64,000 nt of DNA from an uncultured Clostridium sp. (GTDB lineage Bacteria > Bacillota > Clostridia > Clostridiales > Clostridiaceae). The position numbers and the translations under genes are program-made. The stretch covers positions 1,315-65,314 of the forward strand of contig NZ_CAMQRY010000003.1 in the NCBI RefSeq assembly GCF_947036855.1, read 5' to 3'. This document shows, in pieces, positions 41,910 to 53,487 of this stretch; positions within the stretch are counted from its first letter, which is position 1, and each line of letters opens with the position of its first letter. The notes under the pieces are model-generated. The model was not told where the DNA came from and did not search any database. It was given only the letters and a program-made list of their open reading frames with translations.

Positions 41910-43187
41910 ATGCTATCAACCCTACGTAATGCCTGGAAAGTTCCAGATCTTAGAATGAAAATTCTATGGACGGTATTCTTAGTTGTAATCTTCAGGATGG
42001 GAAGTCATATTCCTGTTCCTGGAATAGATACAGCGCATTTACAAAAAATGGTGAACTCAGAAGGAATGCTTAGTTTTTATAACCTTATATCAGGTGGATC
42101 TCTAGCAAGATTTAGTATTTTTGCACTTGGAGTGGTACCTTATATTAATGCATCAATCATAATGCAATTGTTAACAATTGCTATTCCACAGCTTGAACAA
42201 ATGTCTAAGGAAGGTGAGGATGGACGTAAGAAAATCCAAAACATCACTAGATATGCTTCTATATTTATAGGAATTGTTATGTCTGTTGGAACTTATTTAT
42301 TAATAGTAAGAAGTGGTGCGTTAGATAAAAATAACCTAACGAGTGTACTGCTTATCATAGTTTCTTTAGTAGTTGGTTCTACATTCCTTATGTGGCTTGG
42401 AGATCAAATTACAGTAAAAGGACTAGGTAACGGTGTATCATTAATAATATTTGCTAATATTATTTCTGGTTTACCTAAGACAGGAGCCCAAATTTTCAGT
42501 TTATCAAAAGTTGGAGAAGTTGGGATAGTAGAAGTAGCATTATTTGTAGTAGCAAGTCTAGTACTGATTTGTGCGGTTATTATACTGTCATTAGGAGAAC
42601 GAAGAATTCCTGTGCATTATGCTGGGAAGTCTGTAGGAAATAAAGTTTACAAGGGACAAAATACTCATATTCCTTTAAGTATTATTGGATCTACTGTAAT
42701 AGCAATTATTTTTGCTATGTCAGTTATGGGATTCCCTGGAACTATAGCAGGATTTTTCAAAGGTAATAGTTTTGCTGATTGGATTACTAGTAATGCTTTT
42801 AGTCCGTTTAACTATGAGGGTGTTTTATATCCTATATGTTATGCAGTATTAACAATATTCTTCACATGGTTTTATACTCAAATAACCTTTAAACCTGAGG
42901 AGATGGCTGAGAATATGCACAAGTCATCAGGATTTATTCCTGGTATCAGACCTGGTAAGGAAACAGCTATTTACCTTGAAAAACTTTTAAACAGAATGGC
43001 TTTCTTCGGGGGAGTAATTGCTGCTATAATAGCTGTTTCACCAGTTTTAGTTGCAAATTACACAAACTTCAAAGGAGTTGAGTTTGGAGGGACATCATTA
43101 TTAATTTTAGTTTCTGTTGCATTAGAGATGATGAGACAGTTAGAAACACAGTTAACAATGAGACATTATAAAGGATTTCTTAAATAA
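41910..43187 (+). CDS. secY: preprotein translocase subunit SecY
   Basis: 425 aa, polytopic. Conserved position after rplO. Confidence 0.97.
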   Translation: MLSTLRNAWKVPDLRMKILWTVFLVVIFRMGSHIPVPGIDTAHLQKMVNSEGMLSFYNLISGGSLARFSIFALGVVPYINASIIMQLLTIAIPQLEQMSKEGEDGRKKIQNITRYASIFIGIVMSVGTYLLIVRSGALDKNNLTSVLLIIVSLVVGSTFLMWLGDQITVKGLGNGVSLIIFANIISGLPKTGAQIFSLSKVGEVGIVEVALFVVASLVLICAVIILSLGERRIPVHYAGKSVGNKVYKGQNTHIPLSIIGSTVIAIIFAMSVMGFPGTIAGFFKGNSFADWITSNAFSPFNYEGVLYPICYAVLTIFFTWFYTQITFKPEEMAENMHKSSGFIPGIRPGKETAIYLEKLLNRMAFFGGVIAAIIAVSPVLVANYTNFKGVEFGGTSLLILVSVALEMMRQLETQLTMRHYKGFLK

Positions 43188-43205
43188 GAAAGATTATGGA
43201 GATGA

Positions 43206-43862
43206 ATGCCAGTGAAAATGATTTTATTAGGTCCTCCAGGAGCTGGTAAGGGAACACAGGCAAAATCAATTAGTAATAAATATGAAATTCCTCATATTTC
43301 AACAGGAGATATTTTTAGAAAGAATATTTCTGAGAATACACCTTTAGGTATTGAAGCTAAGAGCTACATGGATAAAGGTCATTTAGTTCCTGATGAAGTA
43401 ACAATTAACATGGTTAAGGATAGATTAACTTTTGATGATTGTAAGAATGGATATTTATTAGATGGTTTTCCAAGAACTGTTGAGCAAGCAATTGCTTTAG
43501 AGGAGTTCCTAGCAACTAGAGGAGAAAAAATAGATACAGCTCTTTTAATAGAAGTTCCTTCAAGTTTCATACTTGAGAGAATGACAGGAAGAAGAGTATG
43601 TACTTCATGTGGAGCTAGCTATCATGTGAAGTTTAATCCATCAAGTATAGATGGTAAGTGTGATTTATGTGGAAGTGATGTAATGCAAAGAAAGGATGAC
43701 ACTGTTGAAATAGTCAATGATAGACTTTCAGTATATGAAGCACAGACACTACCACTTATAAAATTCTATACTGGAAGAGAACAACTTTCAAAAGTTGATG
43801 GAACAAAAGCAATTAATAAGGTATTTGAAGATATTTGTATGATCTTAGGGAGCAATAACTAA
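43206..43862 (+). CDS. adk: adenylate kinase (zinc-lid type)
   Basis: [13 protein letters not shown]-loop and the lid CTSCGASYH...CDLCG. The start is uncertain (ATG 43206, GTG 43212 or ATG 43218). Confidence 0.93.
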   Translation: MPVKMILLGPPGAGKGTQAKSISNKYEIPHISTGDIFRKNISENTPLGIEAKSYMDKGHLVPDEVTINMVKDRLTFDDCKNGYLLDGFPRTVEQAIALEEFLATRGEKIDTALLIEVPSSFILERMTGRRVCTSCGASYHVKFNPSSIDGKCDLCGSDVMQRKDDTVEIVNDRLSVYEAQTLPLIKFYTGREQLSKVDGTKAINKVFEDICMILGSNN

Positions 43863-44611
43863 TGATTTTAATTAAGAATGATTTAGAAATTTCTCTTATG
43901 AGAAAAGCAGGTAAAATAGTTGGTGAAACTTTGAACCTGCTTGAAAGAAATATCAAACCAGGTATTACAACTGCAGAGTTGAATAGGATTGCTGAAGAAT
44001 TTATAACTAAGCAAGGAGCTAAGCCATCCTTTAAAGGATTATATGGCTTCCCAGCTTCAGTTTGTATATCTGTAAATACTACAGTGGTTCACGGTATACC
44101 TGGAAATTATACTCTTAAAGATGGAGATATAGTTTCCGTTGATTGTGGTGCATTTATCGATGGTTTTCATGGAGATGCAGCAAGAACATTTCCAGTAGGA
44201 AATGTTAATGAAGAAGCTAGAAAACTTATAGAAGTTACTAAAAAAAGTTTTTTCAAAGGTATAGAAAAAGCTAAGTTAGGAAATAGATTGTCAGACATAT
44301 CTAGTGAAATTCAGAAATACGCTGAAGCTCAAGGGTTTTCAGTTGTAAGAGATTTTGTTGGTCATGGTATCGGCAGAAATGTTCATGAAGATCCTAATGT
44401 GCCTAACTTTGGAAAGCCTGGCAAAGGCCCATTACTTGTAAAAGGAATGGTCTTAGCTATTGAACCAATGCTTAATATTGGTAAACACAATGTTAAAACA
44501 TTAAGTGATGGGTGGACAGTAGTTACTGCTGATGGAACATTAGCAGCACATTATGAAAACACCATTGCAATTTTACCAGATGGACCAGAAATACTTACGT
44601 TAGTTGAGTAG
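43862..44611 (+). CDS. map: type I methionine aminopeptidase
   Basis: 249 aa with VHGIP, VDCGA, HGDAAR and GHGIG metal-ligand motifs. Confidence 0.95.
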   Translation: MILIKNDLEISLMRKAGKIVGETLNLLERNIKPGITTAELNRIAEEFITKQGAKPSFKGLYGFPASVCISVNTTVVHGIPGNYTLKDGDIVSVDCGAFIDGFHGDAARTFPVGNVNEEARKLIEVTKKSFFKGIEKAKLGNRLSDISSEIQKYAEAQGFSVVRDFVGHGIGRNVHEDPNVPNFGKPGKGPLLVKGMVLAIEPMLNIGKHNVKTLSDGWTVVTADGTLAAHYENTIAILPDGPEILTLVE

Positions 44612-44823
44612 ATTAAGGCTCTTATACTTAGTTATGAGTTTGTAAAATTTATGACTTGGTAGTTATTACGGTGAAAGCTGCATAACTTAATTGGCAGAGT
44701 GGTTGTATAGTAAGTAAAAAAAGTTTATACTTTTATAATATACAAATATAATTAAATTTATGGCCAATAGGTAGATTAAATATTTGAACTTATTATTGTG
44801 ATTGATGGAGAGCAATCAATTCT

Positions 44824-44852
44824 TTCACAAATTAATATATATTTTTTATAAT
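44824..44852 (+). promoter_or_regulatory. candidate sigma-A promoter upstream of infA (TTCACA-17-TATAAT)
   Basis: Hexamers at 44824-44829 and 44847-44852. Confidence 0.5.
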
Positions 44853-44896
44853 AATTGATATGCTTAATGGCACTGTCAAGGAGGTTTGATTACCTT

Positions 44897-45115
44897 ATGT
44901 CAAAAGAAGATGTAATAGAAATGCAAGGTACGGTTTTAGAATCATTACCAAATGCAACATTTAGAGTTAAATTAGAGAGTGGGCAGGAAATAAATGCTCA
45001 TATTTCTGGGAAATTAAGAATGAACTTTATAAGAATTCTACCAGGTGATACAGTTACTTTAGAACTTTCACCATACGATTTAAGTAGAGGTAGAATAACT
45101 TGGAGAGCAAAATAA
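44897..45115 (+). CDS. infA: translation initiation factor IF-1
   Basis: ATG 44897 follows [34 protein letters not shown] (72 aa). Confidence 0.95.
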   Translation: MSKEDVIEMQGTVLESLPNATFRVKLESGQEINAHISGKLRMNFIRILPGDTVTLELSPYDLSRGRITWRAK

Positions 45116-45241
<126 letters not shown>

Positions 45242-45288
45242 TAAATTTAACCTTAAGAATATTTAAGTTATAGATAAGCTAATAGATA

Positions 45289-45317
45289 TTGACTTTTTCT
45301 AAAAACTAAAATATGAT
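45289..45317 (+). promoter_or_regulatory. candidate sigma-A promoter of the alpha operon (TTGACT-17-TATGAT)
   Basis: Hexamers at 45289-45294 and 45312-45317, within the 207-nt rpmJ-rpsM spacer. Confidence 0.55.
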
Positions 45318-45448
45318 TATATAGGCGTTCTGTTAAGAAATTTAAATTTAGTGATATATATAAATTTAATAGCCTAAAAATTAGTTAATATATTTTGAGG
45401 AAATTAATGATTGAAAAATCAATATTTCAAAATCAGGAGGTGTAATTA

Positions 45449-45817
45449 ATGGCAAGAATAGCAGGTGTTGACCTACCAAAAGAAAAAAGAGTTGAGATAG
45501 GTTTAACTTATATATACGGTGTGGGATTATCTACTTCACAAAAAGTACTTAAGGAATTAGGAATTAGTTGTGACGTTAGAATTAAAGATCTTACAGAAGA
45601 TCAAGTTAATGAAATAAGAACATACGTAAATGAGAACTTTACAGTTGAGGGTGACCTTAGAAGAGAGATCAAATTAAACATTAAAAGACTAATCGAAATA
45701 GGATCATACAGAGGTGTTAGACATAGAAGAGGTCTTCCAGTAAGAGGACAAAAAACTAAGACTAACGCTAGAACAAGAAAAGGTCCTAAGAAGACTATGG
45801 CTAACAAGAAGAAATAA
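45449..45817 (+). CDS. rpsM: 30S ribosomal protein S13
   Basis: [24 protein letters not shown]. Confidence 0.97.
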   Translation: MARIAGVDLPKEKRVEIGLTYIYGVGLSTSQKVLKELGISCDVRIKDLTEDQVNEIRTYVNENFTVEGDLRREIKLNIKRLIEIGSYRGVRHRRGLPVRGQKTKTNARTRKGPKKTMANKKK

Positions 45818-45835
45818 TTAAGGAGGTAAGACGCA

Positions 45836-46228
45836 ATGGCTCAAAAAGTTAAAAAAACTAGAAGAAAAAGAGACAGAAAAAACGTTGAATTTGGTGCAGC
45901 GCACATACAATCAACATTCAACAACTCAATAGTTACTTTAACTGACGAAAGAGGAAATGCATTAGCATGGGCAAGTGCTGGTGGTCTTGGATTTAGAGGT
46001 TCAAGAAAAAGTACTCCTTTCGCAGCTCAAATGGCCGCTGAAAAAGCAGCAGAAGCAGCTATGGAACACGGTTTAAAAAGTATCGAAGTTTATGTTAAAG
46101 GACCAGGAGCTGGTAGAGAAGCGGCTATAAGAAGCTTACAAGCAGCTGGATTAGAAGTTACTTTAATTAAAGATGTAACTCCAATTCCTCATAATGGTTG
46201 TAGACCACCAAAAAGAAGAAGAGTGTAA
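45836..46228 (+). CDS. rpsK: 30S ribosomal protein S11
   Basis: 130 aa with [14 protein letters not shown]. Confidence 0.97.
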   Translation: MAQKVKKTRRKRDRKNVEFGAAHIQSTFNNSIVTLTDERGNALAWASAGGLGFRGSRKSTPFAAQMAAEKAAEAAMEHGLKSIEVYVKGPGAGREAAIRSLQAAGLEVTLIKDVTPIPHNGCRPPKRRRV

Positions 46229-46450
46229 TTTAATTTCATATTTTATATGTGATTATAATTATGTATATGTATCTATATAGTGTAAACTTTATGGAGTATA
46301 TATAATTTCTTTAGAAAAGGTGCTATACAGTGAAGGTATAATGTGAGTTATACATGCAAATAGTAATTAATCTTAAAGGAATGACTTTTTAAGATGGATC
46401 AGTTGCCCTCAGAATAAGGTTGCCATTTTAATATTAAGGAGGGTTTGCGA

Positions 46451-47398
46451 ATGTTAGAAATCGAAAAGCCAGTTATTCAATGTATAGAGTCAAATGATAA
46501 TGGAACATATGGTAGATTTACCATAGAACCACTTGAAAGAGGATATGGAACTACTCTTGGGAATGCATTAAGAAGAATATTACTTTCTTCTTTACCAGGT
46601 GTTGCGCCAACTTCTGTTAAAATAGACTCAGTTCTTCATGAGTTTTCAACTGTTATTGGAGTTAAGGAAGATGTTACTGAAATAATATTAAACCTTAAAA
46701 CATTAGCATTGACTATGGAAGGTGAAGGACCAAAAACTATCTATATAGATGCAAAAGGACCAGGAGTGGTTACTGGAGCAGATATAACTACAGATGGTGA
46801 TGTAGAAGTTATCAATAAGGACTTAAAAATTGCTACATTAGATGAAGATGGAAAGTTATATATGGAAATAACTGTTAATAGAGGTAGAGGTTATGTTACT
46901 CAAAACAAAAACAAAACTGAAGATCTTCCATTATCAGCTATAGCTATAGATTCTATTTATACTCCTGTTAAGAGAGTAAACTTTTCAATAGAAAATACTA
47001 GAGTTGGGCAAATCACAGATTATGATAAGCTTACACTTGAAATATGGACTAATGGAACTATTAAAATAGAAGAAGCTATATCTTTATCAGCAAAAATTCT
47101 TATCGAGCACTTCAAATTATTTATGACTTTAACTGATAACACAAATGACGTTGAAATCATGATAGAAAAAGAAGAAGATAAAAAAGAAAAAGCACTAGAA
47201 ATGACTATCGAAGAGCTTGATTTATCAGTTAGATCATATAACTGTTTAAAAAGAGCAGGTATCAATACAGTTCAAGAGCTTGCAGCTAAGAGCATGGATG
47301 ATATGATGAAAGTTAGAAATCTTGGTAAGAAATCACTTGAAGAAGTTGAGAAAAAGCTTATCGAGCTAGGGTTAAATTTAAAAGTTAATGACGAATAG
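46451..47398 (+). CDS. rpoA: DNA-directed RNA polymerase subunit alpha
   Basis: ATG 46451 lies 7 nt after [18 protein letters not shown] and the C-terminal domain [14 protein letters not shown]. Confidence 0.97.
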   Translation: MLEIEKPVIQCIESNDNGTYGRFTIEPLERGYGTTLGNALRRILLSSLPGVAPTSVKIDSVLHEFSTVIGVKEDVTEIILNLKTLALTMEGEGPKTIYIDAKGPGVVTGADITTDGDVEVINKDLKIATLDEDGKLYMEITVNRGRGYVTQNKNKTEDLPLSAIAIDSIYTPVKRVNFSIENTRVGQITDYDKLTLEIWTNGTIKIEEAISLSAKILIEHFKLFMTLTDNTNDVEIMIEKEEDKKEKALEMTIEELDLSVRSYNCLKRAGINTVQELAAKSMDDMMKVRNLGKKSLEEVEKKLIELGLNLKVNDE

Positions 47399-47413
47399 TT
47401 AGGAGGTAGAGCA

Positions 47414-47755
47414 ATGGCAGGATATCGTAAGTTAGGTCGTCCTACTGACCAGAGAAGAGCAATGTTAAGAAACCTTGTAACAAGTTTCTTAAAGCATGGA
47501 AAGATTGAGACTACTGTAACTAGAGCAAAAGAAACTAAAAGATTAGCAGAAAAAATGATTACTCTTGGTAAAAGAGGTGATCTTCACGCTAGAAGACAAG
47601 TTTTAGCATTTGTAACAGAAGAAACAGTTGTTAAAGATTTATTCGATAACATAGCTCCAAAGTACAGTGAGAGAAACGGTGGATACACTAGAATGTACAA
47701 AATTGGTCCTAGAAGAGGAGACGGAGCAGAAACAGTTATACTTGAATTAGTATAA
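47414..47755 (+). CDS. rplQ: 50S ribosomal protein L17
   Basis: 113 aa, [18 protein letters not shown]. Confidence 0.97.
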   Translation: MAGYRKLGRPTDQRRAMLRNLVTSFLKHGKIETTVTRAKETKRLAEKMITLGKRGDLHARRQVLAFVTEETVVKDLFDNIAPKYSERNGGYTRMYKIGPRRGDGAETVILELV

Positions 47756-47765
47756 TTTTGCTTCA

Positions 47766-47795
47766 GGGATTAAGTGTTACGCTTAATCCCTTTTT
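47766..47795 (+). terminator. rho-independent terminator after rplQ
   Basis: GGGATTAAG-tgttacg-CTTAATCCC followed by T5. Confidence 0.9.
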
Positions 47796-48174
47796 CATAA
47801 AAAATAAAAAACCTTTAAGTTAAAGGGAATAGTACGAGTTAAGTATAAGAGTATACTTATGTAACTATAGTGTAGGATTATTATCTGATGAGATTATGGT
47901 TATTAGACAAATGCTATTTATAAAATTTAATAATATATAGATTATATCTATTTACAAAATAAAACTACAAATAGTATTATTTTATAAGTAGATATTTTTT
48001 TTTATAATTTTAACAAAATGTTGTATTTTGGAAAGTTGTTCATTTTCGAGGTTTAAAATATAATAGTAGTTGGGATATATATATAAATAGGAAAATATAG
48101 ATATTAGGTAGCAGATATTAATAACCTATTATATGTAAAAATTAATACATAATAATGAAGTGGGAGGTATAGAG

Positions 48175-49020
48175 ATGGAGGAATTTATGGTTATTTCTGA
48201 AGATTTAACTTTTAAATATGAAGTTGAAGAAGGAAAAGAAGAAAAGATAGCTTTAGATAATGTTAATATAAATGTTAAAAAAGGCGAGTTTTTAGTTGTT
48301 TTAGGGCATAATGGATCAGGTAAATCTACTATTGCGAAGCATATGAATGCACTTTTACTACCTACTAGTGGTAAAATGCTTGTTAATAATATGGATACAC
48401 GAGATGATAGTCTTCTTTGGGATATTAGAAGTCAAGCTGGAATGGTTTTTCAAAATCCAGATAATCAACTAGTTGCAACTATTGTTGAAGAAGATGTTGC
48501 TTTTGGTCCAGAAAATTTAGGGGTAGAGCCTTTAGAAATTAGAAAGCGTGTTGATGAGTGCTTAAAAAAAGTTGGAATGTATGATTATAGAAAACATGCA
48601 CCTCATTTACTTTCAGGAGGACAGAAACAAAGAATTGCTATAGCTGGGATTCTTGCAATGATGCCTAGATGTATTATTTTAGATGAACCAACAGCTATGC
48701 TTGATCCATCAGGGAGAAAAGAGGTTCTTGAAACTATTAAAGATATAAATAAAAATTTAAATATAACGATTATTCTTATAACACACTATATGGACGAAGC
48801 TGCTATGGCTGATAGAGTTATAGTTATGGATAAAGGGCATGTTGAGCTTGAGGGAACACCTAGAGAGGTATTCTCTAATGTTGAAAAAATTAAGGCGATA
48901 GGTCTTGATGTACCACAAGTTACAGAACTTGCTTATGAATTAAGAAGGGAAGGAATTGATATTTCTAATGAAATATTAAATATAGATGAAATGGTGGATG
49001 AGTTATGTCGATTAAAATAG
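48175..49020 (+). CDS. ecfA1: ECF transporter ATPase subunit EcfA1
   Basis: ATG 48175 follows GGGAGG. Walker [10 protein letters not shown], signature LSGGQKQR and Walker B ILDEPT. Confidence 0.9.
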   Translation: MEEFMVISEDLTFKYEVEEGKEEKIALDNVNINVKKGEFLVVLGHNGSGKSTIAKHMNALLLPTSGKMLVNNMDTRDDSLLWDIRSQAGMVFQNPDNQLVATIVEEDVAFGPENLGVEPLEIRKRVDECLKKVGMYDYRKHAPHLLSGGQKQRIAIAGILAMMPRCIILDEPTAMLDPSGRKEVLETIKDINKNLNITIILITHYMDEAAMADRVIVMDKGHVELEGTPREVFSNVEKIKAIGLDVPQVTELAYELRREGIDISNEILNIDEMVDELCRLK

Positions 49021-49874
49021 AAAACTTAAAACATGTTTATATGCCTAAAAGTCCATTTGAGAAGATGGCTCTTAATAATATTAATTTAGAAATAAAAGAT
49101 GAGGAATTTGTTGCACTTATAGGGCATACTGGTTCTGGTAAATCTACACTTATTCAACATTTAAATGGTCTGTTAAAGGGAACAGAGGGGAAGATAATTG
49201 TTGATGGTATAGATTTATCAGATAAGAAGACTAAGCTTAGTGATATAAGAAAGAAAGTTGGACTTGTATTTCAGTATCCAGAGTATCAGTTGTTTGAAGA
49301 AACTATTGAGAAAGATATTGAGTTTGGACCAAGAAATATGGGGCTTGAGCAAGATGCTATAACTAAGAGAGTTAAAAAGTCCATGGAAATGGTTGGTTTA
49401 GATTATGAAGAGTATAAAGATATATCTCCATTTGAGTTGTCAGGTGGGCAAAAGAGAAGAGTTGCTATTGCTGGAGTTATAGCAATGGAGCCTAAGATTC
49501 TTATACTTGATGAACCTACAGCAGGACTTGATCCTAAGGGGAGAGATGATATTTTAGCACAAATTAAGATTTTGCATGCTAATTATAATATGACGATTAT
49601 TTTAGTTAGTCATAGTATGGAAGATGTTGCAAGGATTGCATCTAGAGTTATTGTTATGAATAATGGTGATATTGCACTTGATGGAACTGTTAGTGAAGTT
49701 TTCAAGCAAATTGATATACTTGAAAAGATAGGGCTTGGTGTACCACAGGTTACTTATATGATAAATAGACTTAGAGATAAAGGTTTTGATATATCAGATG
49801 ATATATTTACTATTGAAGATGCTAAAGAGGCACTTTTAAAAATCTTGAAGAGAAAGGAGAAAATTGATGCTTAA
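49005..49874 (+). CDS. ecfA2: ECF transporter ATPase subunit EcfA2
   Basis: [17 protein letters not shown] and ILDEPT motifs. Overlaps ecfA1. Confidence 0.9.
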   Translation: MSIKIENLKHVYMPKSPFEKMALNNINLEIKDEEFVALIGHTGSGKSTLIQHLNGLLKGTEGKIIVDGIDLSDKKTKLSDIRKKVGLVFQYPEYQLFEETIEKDIEFGPRNMGLEQDAITKRVKKSMEMVGLDYEEYKDISPFELSGGQKRRVAIAGVIAMEPKILILDEPTAGLDPKGRDDILAQIKILHANYNMTIILVSHSMEDVARIASRVIVMNNGDIALDGTVSEVFKQIDILEKIGLGVPQVTYMINRLRDKGFDISDDIFTIEDAKEALLKILKRKEKIDA

Positions 49875-50679
49875 GGATATTACACTCGGACAATATATCC
49901 CAGGAAAATCATTTGTTCATAAACTTGATCCAAGAACAAAGATACTTCTTACAATTTTATATGTAATTAATTTATTTTTAGTTGGTCATATTTATGGATA
50001 TGGTTTTTCTATAGTATTTTTAGCACTTGCGATTATAATATCAAAAGTACCGTTTAGGTTTATTTATAATGGGCTTAAACCCATTTTTATACTTATTATA
50101 ATTACTTCCTTATTTAATGTCTTTATGATTAAAGGTAATCCTAGTGAATTGGTTTGGAAGTGGAAGTTCTTTGAAATTTATACTAATGGTATTTTAATGG
50201 CTATTAAGATGGTTTTAAGACTTATACTACTAATAATGGGAACATCTCTATTAACTCTTACAACATCTCCTATTGAGCTTACAGATGGTATTGAGAGTTT
50301 ACTTAATCCGTTAAAGAAAGTTAAGTTCCCAGCTCATGAGCTTGCTATGATGATGACTATTGCATTAAGATTTATTCCAACTCTTATTGATGAGACTGAT
50401 AAGATAATGAAAGCTCAAAAAGCTAGGGGTGCTGATTTTGAATCAGGAAATATTATGAAAAGGGCTAAAAATTTAATCCCTTTACTTGTACCATTATTTA
50501 TTAGTTCTTTTAGAAGAGCTGATGAACTTGCTATGGCTATGGAAGCAAGATGTTATAGAGGTGGAGAGGGAAGAACTAGGATGAAGAAATTAAAATATAC
50601 AGGTAGAGATATAGTTGGATATGCTTCTATTATTGTTTTAATTGGACTTACAGTTCTTATGAGAGTAGGAATAATATAA
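49867..50679 (+). CDS. ecfT: ECF transporter transmembrane subunit EcfT
   Basis: Polytopic, with the ARG motifs typical of EcfT ([15 protein letters not shown]). Conserved ecfA-ecfA'-ecfT-truA order. Confidence 0.9.
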   Translation: MLKDITLGQYIPGKSFVHKLDPRTKILLTILYVINLFLVGHIYGYGFSIVFLALAIIISKVPFRFIYNGLKPIFILIIITSLFNVFMIKGNPSELVWKWKFFEIYTNGILMAIKMVLRLILLIMGTSLLTLTTSPIELTDGIESLLNPLKKVKFPAHELAMMMTIALRFIPTLIDETDKIMKAQKARGADFESGNIMKRAKNLIPLLVPLFISSFRRADELAMAMEARCYRGGEGRTRMKKLKYTGRDIVGYASIIVLIGLTVLMRVGII

Positions 50680-50726
50680 AATTATTATAATCTTGAAAAA
50701 GATTATAAAGCTAACGTTAAAAAATA

Positions 50727-50766
50727 GGCTTTGATATTTCATATTGATTTATCAAAGTCTTTTTAT
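50727..50766 (+). terminator. terminator-like hairpin after ecfT
   Basis: CTTTGAT...ATCAAAG stem with a large loop, followed by TTTTTATTTT. Confidence 0.55.
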
Positions 50767-50867
50767 TTTGTTATAATTTTAGAATAAAGATTAATTAGAA
50801 TTTTAAGAGCTATTTTATAAGATATAAATATAGGATAATTAATAAATAAGTTAGGTGGGAATTTTAT

Positions 50868-51602
50868 ATGAGAAATATTAAGCTTAAGATTGAATATGAT
50901 GGAACAAATTTTTGTGGGTGGCAAATACAACCAACTGAAAGAACTGTTCAAAAAGATTTACAAAAGGCTATATCAAAGCTTACTGGTGAAGATATTGAAG
51001 TGTTTGGGAGTAGTAGAACAGATTCAGGGGTTCATGCAAGAGGATATATTTGCAATTTTAAAACAAATTCAACTATTCCAAGTGAGAGATTTAGAGATGC
51101 TATTAATACAAAAGTTCCAAAGGATATGGTTATTTTAGAGTCAGAAGAGGTTAGTATGGATTTTCATTCAAGATATTTTAGTACAGGAAAAACATATAGT
51201 TATAGTATCTGTATAAGAAGAGAGCCTATGACTATAGGAAGAAATTATTCATATCATCATGTACCATATCTTGATGTTGAGCTAATGAAAGAAGCTTGTC
51301 AGTATTTTTATGGTGAACATGATTTTGAGGCTTTTAAAAGCCAAGGTGGTTCAGTTAAGACATCTACTAGAACGATTACTGATTTACATATAGAAGTTGA
51401 AGGAGAGTTTATCAAAGTATATATCACTGCAAATGCTTTTTTATATAATATGGCTAGGATAATAGTTGGGACACTACTAGATGTGGGTTCTAGTAAAATT
51501 AAACCAAAAGAAATACCAAATATTATATTATCAAAGGATAGGAAAAAAGCAGGTAAATGTGCACCAGCAAAGGGATTATGTCTTGAAAAGGTTTTTTGCT
51601 AA
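50868..51602 (+). CDS. truA: tRNA pseudouridine(38-40) synthase TruA
   Basis: IEYDGTNFCGWQIQ and the catalytic SSRTDSGVHA motif. Confidence 0.95.
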   Translation: MRNIKLKIEYDGTNFCGWQIQPTERTVQKDLQKAISKLTGEDIEVFGSSRTDSGVHARGYICNFKTNSTIPSERFRDAINTKVPKDMVILESEEVSMDFHSRYFSTGKTYSYSICIRREPMTIGRNYSYHHVPYLDVELMKEACQYFYGEHDFEAFKSQGGSVKTSTRTITDLHIEVEGEFIKVYITANAFLYNMARIIVGTLLDVGSSKIKPKEIPNIILSKDRKKAGKCAPAKGLCLEKVFC

Positions 51603-51617
51603 ATTAAAAGAAAAAAG

Positions 51618-51646
51618 TTGACACACCCGTATGCGTGTATTATAAT
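51618..51646 (+). promoter_or_regulatory. sigma-A promoter for rplM-rpsI (TTGACA-17-TATAAT)
   Basis: Perfect hexamers at 51618-51623 and 51641-51646. Confidence 0.8.
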
Positions 51647-51758
51647 GGTATTTGTTTGTAAGAGAAGATTGTGTATCTAACTCATAGAGTTTTAACATAC
51701 ATAGAACTAATAAATTAAAATGAAAATAAATTTTGAATATCTAAGGAGGGAATAAATC
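51647..51758 (+). promoter_or_regulatory. rplM 5' leader (position of the Firmicute L13 leader)
   Basis: A 112-nt untranslated leader lies between a consensus promoter and the rplM SD. The L13-leader family assignment rests on position only. Confidence 0.45.
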
Positions 51759-52193
51759 ATGAAATCATACATTGCTAATGCACAAACTGTAGAAAGATCA
51801 TGGTACGTAGTTGACGCTGCTGGAAAGCCACTAGGAAGAGTAGCTAGTCAGGTTGCTTCAATATTAAGAGGAAAGCATAAACCAACATTCACACCTAACT
51901 GTGACTGTGGAGATTTCGTTATCGTTATAAACACTGAAAAGGTTGTTTTAACTGGTAAGAAATTAGACCAAAAAATGATGAGAAAGCACAGCGGATACGT
52001 TGGTGGATTAAAAGAAACACCTTATAGAGTTGTTTTAGCTAAAAAACCTGAGTTCGTTTTCGATGAAGCTGTAAGAAGAATGTTACCTACTGGAGTTTTA
52101 GGAAGACAAATGCTTAAAAAACTTAAAACAGTTAAAGGTTCAGAGCACGGATTTGAAGCACAAAAACCATCAGTACTTGAGTTAAAGTACTAG
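51759..52193 (+). CDS. rplM: 50S ribosomal protein L13
   Basis: 144 aa with [28 protein letters not shown]. Confidence 0.97.
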   Translation: MKSYIANAQTVERSWYVVDAAGKPLGRVASQVASILRGKHKPTFTPNCDCGDFVIVINTEKVVLTGKKLDQKMMRKHSGYVGGLKETPYRVVLAKKPEFVFDEAVRRMLPTGVLGRQMLKKLKTVKGSEHGFEAQKPSVLELKY

Positions 52194-52218
52194 TATAAAT
52201 TAGAAGGAGGGAATTCAA

Positions 52219-52611
52219 ATGGCAAAGGTTCAATACATGGGAACTGGTAGAAGAAAAACATCAGTTGCAAGAGTAAGATTAGTACCTGGAGAAGGTAATG
52301 TTACAATAAATAAAAGAGATATCCAAACATACTTTGGATTAGAAACTTTAAGAATGATCGTTAACCAACCATTAGTTTTAACAGAAACTAAAGATAAATA
52401 TGACGTTTTAGTTAATGTTCACGGTGGGGGAACAACAGGTCAAGCTGGAGCTATCAGACACGGGATCACAAGAGCTTTATTAAAAGCTGATGAGAACTTA
52501 AGAGCTGAATTAAAGAAAGCTGGATTTGTTACTAGAGACTCAAGAATGGTTGAAAGAAAGAAATACGGTAAGAAGAAAGCTAGAAAATCATCACAATTCT
52601 CAAAAAGATAA
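52219..52611 (+). CDS. rpsI: 30S ribosomal protein S9
   Basis: 130 aa with [12 protein letters not shown] and a C-terminal KR. Confidence 0.97.
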   Translation: MAKVQYMGTGRRKTSVARVRLVPGEGNVTINKRDIQTYFGLETLRMIVNQPLVLTETKDKYDVLVNVHGGGTTGQAGAIRHGITRALLKADENLRAELKKAGFVTRDSRMVERKKYGKKKARKSSQFSKR

Positions 52612-52626
52612 TTTTCTATTTTATGG

Positions 52627-52653
52627 AGAGAGGTTTATACCTCTCTTTTTTTT
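52627..52653 (+). terminator. rho-independent terminator after rpsI
   Basis: AGAGAGGT-ttat-ACCTCTCT followed by T7. Confidence 0.9.
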
Positions 52654-52684
52654 ATATATAATTATATATGAAAGAGGTGGCTTT

Positions 52685-53335
52685 ATGGATAAAGATTTAG
52701 TTATAGAAAATACTATTAATTTTATTAAGAGTGAGTTTTGTGATGAAGGAAGTGGACATGACTGGCTTCATATTGATAGAGTTTATAAAAACACATGCTA
52801 CATTCTTGAAAGAGAAGAGGGGGCAGATGAGTTTATAGTTAAAATTACAGCATTACTTCATGATGTAGATGATTGGAAATTTTCTAGTGAGAATAAAACA
52901 GATACTAGCAGAATTGAAAAGTTTTTAGTAGCTCAAGAAGTTTCAGATGATGATATATTTAAGATAACAGATATAATTAAAACTCTTTCTTTTAAAGGTG
53001 GAGTTGTTGATTCAACACAAACATCTCTAGAGGGCATGATAGTTCAAGATGCTGATAGGTTAGATTCAATAGGTGCTATTGGGATTGCTAGAGCATTTAC
53101 TTATGGTGGTTATAAAAATAATCTGATATATGACCCAGAGGTTAAAGCTATGGATTTTAAATCACTTGATGATGTTAAGAAAAAGAATACTACTGTTAAT
53201 CATTTTTATGAGAAATTATTAAAACTTAAGGATTTAATGAATACTGATACAGCTAAAATTTTAGCAAATGAAAGACATAATTTTATGGTGAGTTTTTTAG
53301 AAATGTTTTATAGTGAGTGGAATTTAGGAGAATAA
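52685..53335 (+). CDS. HD-domain phosphohydrolase (YpgQ/YedJ-like)
   Basis: ATG 52685 follows AAGAGGTGG. H...HD metal motif (GHDWLHIDRV...LLHDVDD...DADRLD). The track's 5' extension overlaps rpsI and its terminator and is spurious. Confidence 0.85.
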   Translation: MDKDLVIENTINFIKSEFCDEGSGHDWLHIDRVYKNTCYILEREEGADEFIVKITALLHDVDDWKFSSENKTDTSRIEKFLVAQEVSDDDIFKITDIIKTLSFKGGVVDSTQTSLEGMIVQDADRLDSIGAIGIARAFTYGGYKNNLIYDPEVKAMDFKSLDDVKKKNTTVNHFYEKLLKLKDLMNTDTAKILANERHNFMVSFLEMFYSEWNLGE

Positions 53336-53444
53336 AAAAATTGATGTTAAATAATATTTTGAAAAATATACAATTTAATTGATGAATTTTATGAAATTGA
53401 TAATTAAAATTAGATTAGTGTTAAGAAAAGTGAATAAAGTGTAA

Positions 53445-53487
53445 ATGAAAGAGGTTAAATTATATGATTTAATCTCTTTCATTTTTC
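53445..53487 (+). terminator. rho-independent terminator after the HD-domain gene
   Basis: ATGAAAGAGGTTAAAT-tatatg-ATTTAATCTCTTTCAT followed by T5. Confidence 0.8.

Noticed and set aside
50890-51138. 82-aa + strand ORF overlapping truA in another frame
   Set aside because: It is entirely nested in truA, whose product has the canonical TruA motifs, and it has no independent RBS.
52526-52684. 5' extension of the HD-domain ORF overlapping rpsI and its terminator
   Set aside because: The extension crosses the rpsI stop and a strong terminator. An internal ATG at 52685 with AAGAGGTGG upstream gives a normal HD-protein N-terminus.
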